From: Candidatus Iainarchaeum sp.
Lineage (GTDB): Archaea > Iainarchaeota > Iainarchaeia > Iainarchaeales > JAGVWC01
Assembly: GCA_018304465.1 (NCBI GenBank)
Contig: JAGVWC010000011.1
Coordinates: forward strand, 1 to 64,000
Reading direction: 5' to 3'
DNA length: 64,000 bases
Below are positions 56,835 through 64,000 of this stretch, one piece after another; the first letter of the stretch is position 1, and the number at the start of each line of letters is the position of its first letter. The position numbers were made by a program, and so were the translations under genes. The notes beneath the pieces are model-generated. The model made no database searches and was not told the origin of the DNA. It saw nothing but the letters and a program-made list of their open reading frames with translations.

Positions 56835-58292
56835 CTAGTTCGCCTTAACCTTGCGCACGTACCCGTGATTCGCGTTGACCTCAACCAAGTCCCCGTCTTG
56901 AAAAGTTTTGGTCGCGACTTGCGTTCCGATGATGCATGGAATTCCCAGTTCGCGGCTTACGATCGCGGCGTGGCTGGTGATGCCGCCTTCGTCGGTCACG
57001 ATTGCGGAGGCTTTTTTCATCAAGGGGACGAATTCGGGTCTTGTCATTCCCGTCATCAAAACGTCGCCTTCGCGAAACTTCGAAAACGCGTTGATGTTAA
57101 GAATAATCTTCGCGGGTCCCGTTGCTTTTCCAAGCGACGCCACGGCGCCATACACGGTTTCTTGCCCCGAAAACGACCGCTCGATCCGATCGAACAATTC
57201 GGCGGCTTGGTTGGTTTCCACCAAATAATCGCCGGGTTGATCGAGCTCGATCAGCCAAACGCCTTGTTTCACCCGCATTTTCAAGGTCTCCAAAAGGTTT
57301 GGATCGCCTTCGACAAAGGCTTTGTATTCCAAAAAAGGAATCACGAAATCGCTTTCAAACATCGGGATGCCTTTTTTTTCGGCAATGCCGTGAAAAAAAC
57401 CAATGACCCCCCAATTGGCGATGTTGGTGAATTTTTTGCGAACATCGCGAAAAAACGCCAGGTCCGCGAATTGCTGAATCCGCGCACGCGTTTGTTCGTC
57501 AAAACCGTATTTTTCAATAATCTTTTTTTTCTTGTCTTTCAATTCTTTCCAAAACGCGTTTTGGTGTTTTTCGGATAGCCGGGCAAAGAAAAAATCTTCT
57601 CCAAGCACCGTTGCGGTCTGGTAATTGTTTTCGATCCACCAGAAATTTTTCTGATGCGCCGAAAGCATTTCCGAAACTGCGTCCGAAAGTTGCTTTCCGT
57701 CTTTTTCAAATTGCTGCTGGATTTTTTCAAACGATTTTTGTTCTTCCCACAAAAAAGTCGTGTCCGGCAACAGCAAGGTCTGCAGATCCGCCGCGCTCAC
57801 TTCGGACAACCGATTTCCGAAGATGTACTTTAGAATTTCTTTTTCGAACGGATCGAACAAATCAATGAAAAGCGAACACGCCCAGCGTTTGAATTCCTGA
57901 TCGAGAAATTTTCCGAATTCGTCCACGCATTTTTGCTGGGTTTTTTCGGAAAAATTCTTTCCAAGTTCAGCGACTCCAAAAGACCGTTCTTCCAGTCCTT
58001 TCCCAAACCCGTTGTGACGCTTGAGTTGTTGTTTTACCCACGAAGGGTTTTTGGTCATTTTTTCCAGCAACTGCAGTACCAGTCGCTTGCCATGGTCAAT
58101 GGGCCAATACATGAACGCGGATTGGATCGGGCTTACGTATACCGCTGTGTTAAGCAGCCAGATTCCGTCCGAAAGATCCGAATACCTAGGCAAAGACAAG
58201 GTGGCTGCCGGCAGCATGATCGTAATGGTCAACGAAGGCGCGCTTTGCTTGTAGTAGGAACGGCGGGCGATTTTCTCCAATTCAGGATTCAT
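56835..58292 (-). CDS. Phospho-His swivel domain protein, paralogue 7
   Basis: GAVASLG...[10 protein letters not shown]...[21 protein letters not shown]. Confidence 0.88.
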   Translation of the reverse strand: MNPELEKIARRSYYKQSAPSLTITIMLPAATLSLPRYSDLSDGIWLLNTAVYVSPIQSAFMYWPIDHGKRLVLQLLEKMTKNPSWVKQQLKRHNGFGKGLEERSFGVAELGKNFSEKTQQKCVDEFGKFLDQEFKRWACSLFIDLFDPFEKEILKYIFGNRLSEVSAADLQTLLLPDTTFLWEEQKSFEKIQQQFEKDGKQLSDAVSEMLSAHQKNFWWIENNYQTATVLGEDFFFARLSEKHQNAFWKELKDKKKKIIEKYGFDEQTRARIQQFADLAFFRDVRKKFTNIANWGVIGFFHGIAEKKGIPMFESDFVIPFLEYKAFVEGDPNLLETLKMRVKQGVWLIELDQPGDYLVETNQAAELFDRIERSFSGQETVYGAVASLGKATGPAKIILNINAFSKFREGDVLMTGMTRPEFVPLMKKASAIVTDEGGITSHAAIVSRELGIPCIIGTQVATKTFQDGDLVEVNANHGYVRKVKAN

Positions 58293-58323
58293 TTGGTTCA
58301 CTATCAAGCAATCCGTTTTGAAT

Positions 58324-58983
58324 TTATATTTCTATTTCCTGCCCCGGTTTTAAGGGTTTGCATGCGATTCCCAATTTTTCAAGCCGGGATTTGAAATCGT
58401 TTTCGTCCGCATTAATCATCGGAAACGTATTGAAATGAATCGGAATCACGAGTTTTGGAGAAAGCGCTTGGGCCGCATGAACGGCTTCTTCGATTCCCAT
58501 GGTGAAACGATCGCCGATCGGCAAAAAAGCGACATCGATCGAAAAACGCTCGCCGAGATTTTTCATTCCGGAAAAAAACGAGGTGTCGCCGGCGTGATAC
58601 ACGGTTTTCCCGTTTTTTCGCAGGATGAAACCCGACGGATTGCTCGACGCCGAGTGAAAGGCCTTGGTCATGAAAATCGACCAGTCTTTGACCGAAATCT
58701 GGCCGCCCACGTTCATCATCTCGACTTTGGTTCCTTTGGCGGCGTATTGTACCGCCAGCTCAAAACCCGTAACAACCGTTGCGTCGTTTTCTTTCGCGAG
58801 CGCTTCCGCGCCCAAATGATGATCGAGGTGATCATGGCTGATGCAAATCAGGTTTGTTTTGCGGTCCGCAGCAGTGAAGACATGCGAATTCTTAAGTCCC
58901 ATTCCCGGCATTTCGTCGGTCCACGGATCCACGATCAAATCGTCTATTTTGACACTGGCGTGGCCCAGATATTTGAGTAACAC
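58324..58983 (-). CDS. Metallo-beta-lactamase-fold hydrolase (UPF0173-like)
   Basis: YLGHASV, VDPW, SHDHLDH, YHAGDT, LPIGDRFTMG, IPIHFNTF; GTG start. Confidence 0.9.
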   Translation of the reverse strand: MLLKYLGHASVKIDDLIVDPWTDEMPGMGLKNSHVFTAADRKTNLICISHDHLDHHLGAEALAKENDATVVTGFELAVQYAAKGTKVEMMNVGGQISVKDWSIFMTKAFHSASSNPSGFILRKNGKTVYHAGDTSFFSGMKNLGERFSIDVAFLPIGDRFTMGIEEAVHAAQALSPKLVIPIHFNTFPMINADENDFKSRLEKLGIACKPLKPGQEIEI

Positions 58984-59099
58984 TGAAATTCCCCCATTCA
59001 CCCGACTGCGGGCTATACAGATATCCGCGCCCAAGGAATAAAAGACTGGTCCGCTATATGACGGAATTGGATGCGGGTGACGCGTCCCTCTGAACCTCC

Positions 59100-61967
59100 T
59101 CACTTATTATGTATATAATCCATCGTCGCCCGATATTTTGGCGCGTCCGAAATCGGCTGATCCTGATATTCCAACAGGCCCCAAGAACCATATTTGGTTG
59201 GGAAATAAACGTTCTCAAACATCACCATCAAGCCACCGCCATTCGCAAACCACACACTAAAATATTCCTGGTATTGCGTATACATTCTCGCGTCCTCGTT
59301 GGCGGCAATCAGTTTGTCAGTCAGAGTCTGGTTGTTGAGGTAAGTAAAATTGGCCGGGACCAAACTCTGGCCGCCTTGATCAGCAATTAAAGCCAGATTA
59401 TATCTGTCAGCGACCTGCTTATTGGCGATGATCCACGACGTAACCTCCCCAGTAATTGAAGCTTCGGCGCGGTCTAATATTTCAGGGACCGTAATGGTCG
59501 AAATTTCGTTGTTTTTGCCAATTTGATCAGCCACGGCTGCGCCAAAATAAGGCGCGATCGATAAAGCGTCGGCCGAAATATTGTATGGATTAATCGTCGG
59601 ATTATAAAATGATTTAAGAATAAATGTGGCCACGTAACTATTTCCGGCTTGGCTCGCCAACACCTTGACGAGCCGAGAGTCACCGCCAAATTCGTCCTCG
59701 AATATTTTAAATATCTCGGCTGACCGCTTCGCTTGGTAAACCAGTCCCGACGCCCAGATATCGCCAGCATCACTAACACCGTCGGTGCAATTATTATCCA
59801 GATGTAAGGAACAGCCCATTCGATCAACGTAAGCAGTCTGGTAGAAAACCGTATTCCATAATTCCGTCGAATATTCGATGTATATTTTTCGATCGGGGTT
59901 TAGCTGTTCATGAATCATGTTGGCTAAATTTTTCACATAATTGTCATCGGCCATCGCGGGAATGTTTACCCACATGTCGGCATTAAGCAAGTTGGAAATA
60001 CTAATCAGGTCTTCCATCGCCGCTCCGGTCGACATTTTTATGGTAAAGTCTCCATTCGAGGCTTCGTTAAACGAAGTCTCACTATACAACGGAGGACGAA
60101 CCAAATTATTATAGTCAAAATTAAACGTATAATCGTCAATCACTTGAACCATCAGATTCGAAAGGTTAAAAGACTTAGCAATCGTCTCCCCCGAAGCGTC
60201 CTTCAAAGTCGTGGAAGCATCAGATCCAGAAATCGTAACGAGTTGTCCCGTAATCAGATGGTGCGGCGAAAGCGTTTTCACCTGCGCGGTATAATTCGAG
60301 GCAAAAAAAGATTTATCTAGAACCTTTTTTATCGAACTGATTGGACCGGTTCGAATAATCAGTTTATTTTGCGTATAATACCCTGGTTTTGTCCGGTCTT
60401 CCCAACGAGCCATGTTGGTATTAACGGTCAACATCGCGTCCACATATCGAATAACCGAAAATCCGTTCAATCGTTGCAAGAAAGTCGGATAGAACACATT
60501 TTGACTGTAATTATTTTCAAATCCTGGCAGAATCATCCGAATATTTCGCACATGATTTGCAGGATTTGACCGAGTAATCTGTAGGTGGATTCCTCCGTTC
60601 GTCGGAGTAACGTTGAGAAGAATTTTCCCCGGCGTTGATGAAATTACTTCGGTATCGCCAATAAACTTCAAGTCCCCGTCTCCATCATAAAAAACCGTAT
60701 AGGTGCCGGCAGGATATTTTCCTTTGATTGAATCAAAAAGCAAAGTCTCGACAACCGTCGGATACGCCTCACCTGGAACTTGATACGGCAGTTCCAAAGG
60801 ATACCCCGCCTCATCCGAAGGCAGTTCCGCTTCCAGACCGGTATCCCAAATGGTCCAATCGATCAGGCGGGTTTGGGTATTCCATTTTCGGGTAATCCAT
60901 GGTCTAGTCAACTTGAAAACGTTCGTATAGGGTATTTGTCCATCATAATCATTAAACCACGCCAGATTATTTCCGATTAATTTGTTGTTACCTATACAAC
61001 CTAAACTGTTCAAGTCTTGACAATTTGCTTGGCAGGTTAATGTTCCTCCTGTATACCCTTTGGTTTGGCAGGTTTGCCCGTTCAAATCGGTTTTGTCACA
61101 AACTTCGGACCCTTCGCGCAAACCATTCCCGCAAGTTTGAGTCAAAGTGGATCCACAAGCAGAAAAGTTGAAATCCGTACAATTAGAAAGGCAAAAAAGA
61201 ACTCCAGATGAAAACCCCTTGGAAATACACGTTTGATTATTCAAGTCCGATCCGTCGCAGGTTTCGGTTCCTTCTCGTAGATTGTTGCCGCAGGTTTGAA
61301 CCAAAGTTACTGGACAAACACCACAATCGGTTGGACAACTGGAACAAGTTTCGGTCGCGTTACAGGAACCGTCGCCGCAAACCTGAGTCGAAGAGTCGGG
61401 GGGTAATGGGTCTTGGCCGTCATCCGATCCATCGCCGCTTTCGAACGTACAATCGTTTGGGCAGTTAAACGGCGTTTCCCGCAAATCGCAATTTCCGTTG
61501 TTATTGCATACCCCCGCACAATCGCTTGGACACGATGAAACGGTTTCGCCGATGAGAACATTGCAAAAACCATCTGTCACACATCGGCCGGTTGAAGCCG
61601 GACAATCCTTTTTACACGAAACCGAATTCTCGCCGATGTCGGGTTCACAAGAACCGTTTTCATTGCACGCAAAACAATCCACCAAACACGTATTCGCGGA
61701 TTCGCCGGGTTCACACACTTTGTTTCCGCAACGCGGAATAGAAAAATTTGTTCCCGGATTCGACGTAACGACATTCGAAATTCGGTCCGCAATCTTATTG
61801 ATATCTCCCGCATTATCCATTGCCGACCCGACGCGATCCGGTCCGACCAACGGCGAAACAAAAACCAAGAAAAAAATACTCGAACCAAGCCCTACAAAAA
61901 CAATGAATGTAAGTATTTGGTTCAAAGACAATTTTGTAAGTGCCGGAAAAAGACTTCCAAACCCCAT
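59100..61967 (-). CDS. Large membrane-anchored surface protein with Cys-rich repeats and a putative glycan-binding/glycosidase-like domain
   Basis: N-terminal transmembrane helix; repeats CGN..CE.GE....C..DC and CGN.LREG.E.CD..DLN.QTC; C-terminal YDGDG, NHVRNIR, DMWVNIP, YIEYSTELWN, IAPYFG, GSWGLLEY. Confidence 0.8.
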   Translation of the reverse strand: MGFGSLFPALTKLSLNQILTFIVFVGLGSSIFFLVFVSPLVGPDRVGSAMDNAGDINKIADRISNVVTSNPGTNFSIPRCGNKVCEPGESANTCLVDCFACNENGSCEPDIGENSVSCKKDCPASTGRCVTDGFCNVLIGETVSSCPSDCAGVCNNNGNCDLRETPFNCPNDCTFESGDGSDDGQDPLPPDSSTQVCGDGSCNATETCSSCPTDCGVCPVTLVQTCGNNLREGTETCDGSDLNNQTCISKGFSSGVLFCLSNCTDFNFSACGSTLTQTCGNGLREGSEVCDKTDLNGQTCQTKGYTGGTLTCQANCQDLNSLGCIGNNKLIGNNLAWFNDYDGQIPYTNVFKLTRPWITRKWNTQTRLIDWTIWDTGLEAELPSDEAGYPLELPYQVPGEAYPTVVETLLFDSIKGKYPAGTYTVFYDGDGDLKFIGDTEVISSTPGKILLNVTPTNGGIHLQITRSNPANHVRNIRMILPGFENNYSQNVFYPTFLQRLNGFSVIRYVDAMLTVNTNMARWEDRTKPGYYTQNKLIIRTGPISSIKKVLDKSFFASNYTAQVKTLSPHHLITGQLVTISGSDASTTLKDASGETIAKSFNLSNLMVQVIDDYTFNFDYNNLVRPPLYSETSFNEASNGDFTIKMSTGAAMEDLISISNLLNADMWVNIPAMADDNYVKNLANMIHEQLNPDRKIYIEYSTELWNTVFYQTAYVDRMGCSLHLDNNCTDGVSDAGDIWASGLVYQAKRSAEIFKIFEDEFGGDSRLVKVLASQAGNSYVATFILKSFYNPTINPYNISADALSIAPYFGAAVADQIGKNNEISTITVPEILDRAEASITGEVTSWIIANKQVADRYNLALIADQGGQSLVPANFTYLNNQTLTDKLIAANEDARMYTQYQEYFSVWFANGGGLMVMFENVYFPTKYGSWGLLEYQDQPISDAPKYRATMDYIHNK

Positions 61968-62053
61968 GTAGTTAAAAAATAGTATCTGAGTATTTAAGTG
62001 TTTCTTAAAGATTTACACTTAAATCCAAAAAAAGAATGCTTCAAAAGAAACGG

Positions 62054-62701
62054 TCAGGTTTCTTGCGCGATTTGGTGCATCAGTTGGTTTTCGGTTCTGC
62101 GCAAATGGTCTTTCAAAGTCGTGTACGGAACCCCGATTTTTTTGGCCAAGGATTCAAGCGAAATTTTGCGCGGATACTCGTAATACCCTTCGTCAAGCGC
62201 CCGGTGCCACCAATCCAAATCCTGCGCGTCCACCTGTGGAACGCTTGAAAAAGAAACAAACCCCGTCTTGCGATTCTTGATCGAAACCAGTTCCGCGGTC
62301 GCGTAAATTTTTTGTTTCTGGATTTTTTCAAGCAATCGGGTTAAATTTTCTTTCTTGTTGCTTCCGACTTTCCACCACTGAAACCCTTTTTCCTCAAGCA
62401 CGGGGCCAAGAAAAAAAACCGTCTTGTCCGCCACCAGCGTGTGAAAACTCCGGATCGCTTTTTGCGCGAAAAAAACCACGTCTCCTTCCCGATGAATCAC
62501 GTCCGAATCGGGGTGATTCAGCAATTCCGAAATCGCTTTTTCCTTGTCCACGCCCCAAAACTTCGCCAACCGCATCAATTTGGGCTGGCCGTTTTCCTCA
62601 AACGTGTTTAAGTACTGCGAAAACATATGCACGTCATATTTTTCGGACAACGGCAGCAATGGAGAACCCTTGTGCCACACTTTAAACTCCGCGATCCACA
62701 C
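62054..62701 (-). CDS. HTH-10 (Bat-type) transcriptional regulator
   Basis: ALDEGYYEYPRKISLESLAKKIGVPYTTLKDHLRRTE; GTG start inferred. Confidence 0.85.
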   Translation of the reverse strand: MWIAEFKVWHKGSPLLPLSEKYDVHMFSQYLNTFEENGQPKLMRLAKFWGVDKEKAISELLNHPDSDVIHREGDVVFFAQKAIRSFHTLVADKTVFFLGPVLEEKGFQWWKVGSNKKENLTRLLEKIQKQKIYATAELVSIKNRKTGFVSFSSVPQVDAQDLDWWHRALDEGYYEYPRKISLESLAKKIGVPYTTLKDHLRRTENQLMHQIAQET

Positions 62702-62702
62702 T

Positions 62703-63311
62703 TCAAAACACCATCCTTGAAACGACGATTTCATTTATCCATTCCATCAACCCTCTTCGAGTCAAAAAAAATTCTTTTACAAACGCCCGTGTCCGGCGGC
62801 GACCAATTTTTTCAACCAGCCTGGTCGCTGCGTTCTCAAATGCATGCACTTTATTTTCCCACGCCAATGAACCTGACAAAATATATTCCATCCGATCAAA
62901 TGATTTTCTCGCCAGTTTTTTTTCCTCAAAAGAAAGCCCCGTTCGATCCGCGGAATACGAAAACGCCATGCGATCCGCCACGTTTTGCAGCCGGGAAATC
63001 ATTTTCGCCGAAGGCGGTAGCCTCCATCGCATCTGACCCGAACGAACCCCGTCAAGAAAAACCTCCAAACTCGCGCCCTTCAACCGAACTTTGGGATCCG
63101 GCGAACGTTTCAATGCCGCGATTTCTGCTTCGAATTCCCGCGCTTGTTCGGTTGTTTCATCGCGATAGAGCAATTCCCGAATACGTTCATTCAGACTTAT
63201 CATCGCTTTTTTGGAAGGGCCTTTCATTCCCCGCCATCTGCGTTTGACATTCGAACGCATCGTTCGAACCTTCGAACGCACCCGACCCGCCAACGGTTTC
63301 AACGGTTTCAT
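62703..63311 (-). CDS. Hypothetical Arg-rich protein with basic leader
   Basis: Start moved to MKPLKPLAGRVRSKVR because the longer ORF overlaps the divergent DUF255 gene. Confidence 0.55.
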   Translation of the reverse strand: MKPLKPLAGRVRSKVRTMRSNVKRRWRGMKGPSKKAMISLNERIRELLYRDETTEQAREFEAEIAALKRSPDPKVRLKGASLEVFLDGVRSGQMRWRLPPSAKMISRLQNVADRMAFSYSADRTGLSFEEKKLARKSFDRMEYILSGSLAWENKVHAFENAATRLVEKIGRRRTRAFVKEFFLTRRGLMEWINEIVVSRMVF

Positions 63312-63389
63312 CAATACGTCATCCGACAAAGATGCATTTATTTGTTTTGGGAACAAAACCCATTTATTACCGCTGTTCCAGGTTCCTAT

Positions 63390-64000
63390 ATGCAAACCAT
63401 TCAATGGCAACCGTTCTTTGAAGAAGCGTTTAAAAAAGCCAAAACCGAAAACAAACCGATTCTCTTGTCGATCAGCGCCAGCTGGTGTCATTGGTGCCAT
63501 CGCATGGACCACGATTCGTTCGAAAAAACCGCGGTGGTCGAACAAGTCAACCGCGATTTCATTCCGATCCGGGTTGACAGCAACGAGCGCCCGGACATCA
63601 ACGCGCGCTACAACGCCGGCGGATGGCCCACGGTCGTTATCATGGATCCAAACGGGATTCCGTTTCGCGAAACCCTGTACCTAAACGAATCCGATTTCAA
63701 AAAATTCTTATCCGACGGCCACGCGGATTATGCAAATCCTGATCCGAATTCTTCCGCGATTCCGATCGAAACAAAACAAGCACCTCCTTTTTCACAACTT
63801 GAATCAACACCCGACGAACACCGAACGGTTGAAATCGAAGTGATCCAAAAAATAAAATCCTTGTTCGATCCCCAATACGGCGGATTCGGAATCCAACCCA
63901 AATTCCCGCAACCGGAAATCCTGCGTTTTTTACTTTTTAAAACCGAAAAAAACAAGGATCCTGACCTGGAAAAAATATTGTTGACGACATTGGACGCGCT
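63390..64000 (+). CDS. Thioredoxin-like DUF255 (YyaL/SSP411) protein, 5' part, truncated by the window edge
   Basis: Absent from the ORF track because it has no stop. Translates MQTIQWQPFFEEAFKKAKTENKPILLSISASWCHWCHRM...ERPDINARY..GGWP, and later DPQYGGFG..PKFP. Confidence 0.88.
   Translation, partial: MQTIQWQPFFEEAFKKAKTENKPILLSISASWCHWCHRMDHDSFEKTAVVEQVNRDFIPIRVDSNERPDINARYNAGGWPTVVIMDPNGIPFRETLYLNESDFKKFLSDGHADYANPDPNSSAIPIETKQAPPFSQLESTPDEHRTVEIEVIQKIKSLFDPQYGGFGIQPKFPQPEILRFLLFKTEKNKDPDLEKILLTTLDA

Noticed and set aside
45679-58292. Fragmented or pseudogenised PEP synthase, or PTS enzyme I genes
   Set aside because: All are long intact ORFs with a conserved catalytic His and operon-like overlaps. 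None has a PEP-binding barrel or HPr-binding domain.
45679-58292. Calling the paralogues rifampin resistance (rph) genes
   Set aside because: Only the architecture is analogous; substrate specificity cannot be read from these divergent N-domains.
1-64000. Bacterial (e.g. CPR) origin, suggested by the sigma-like genes, RSH and liv genes
   Set aside because: A BHB-intron tRNA, archaeal-type RNase P RNA, DUF2683 antitoxin, HTH-10 and TrmB regulators and TATA-like promoters are spread through the window. Chimerism cannot be fully excluded without reads.

Overview
This 64-kb window looks archaeal. The evidence is an intron-containing tRNA-Arg(TCT) with a BHB splice motif, an archaeal-type RNase P RNA, TrmB and HTH-10 regulators, a DUF2683 antitoxin and an archaeal Ogg glycosylase. 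Gene content and style suggest a DPANN lineage such as Diapherotrites/Iainarchaeota; that placement is inference. From left to right it holds: the edge of an integrase-bearing element inserted at tRNA-Arg; two bacterial-type ECF sigma-70-like genes; argS; a long RelA/SpoT homologue with an intact hydrolase and a degenerate synthetase; hisI-hisG followed by a toxin-antitoxin/lipoprotein cassette bracketed by a duplicated hisG 3' end; rnpB; Fe-S assembly genes; an M18 peptidase; a porCDAB-ferredoxin operon; a glycosyltransferase/glycoside hydrolase cluster; and nth, ogg and bcp. The most striking region is a ~26-kb locus (32.3-58.3 kb). There, one Liv-type ABC transporter has five binding proteins and four divergent TrmB regulators, three of which share a TTGT-N16-ACAA site. 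Next to it are seven paralogous proteins made of a variable helical domain plus a phospho-His swivel domain, and one standalone ATP-grasp (PEP-synthase N-terminal) protein. This looks like a modular split dikinase/phosphotransferase system. A second notable pattern is about ten scattered orphan genes, including both sigma-like genes, that begin with a Lys/Arg/Pro-rich leader, which could be a targeting or export signal. All calls come from reading motifs by eye; no database searches were run. Many start codons were moved from the ORF track to more plausible downstream starts.
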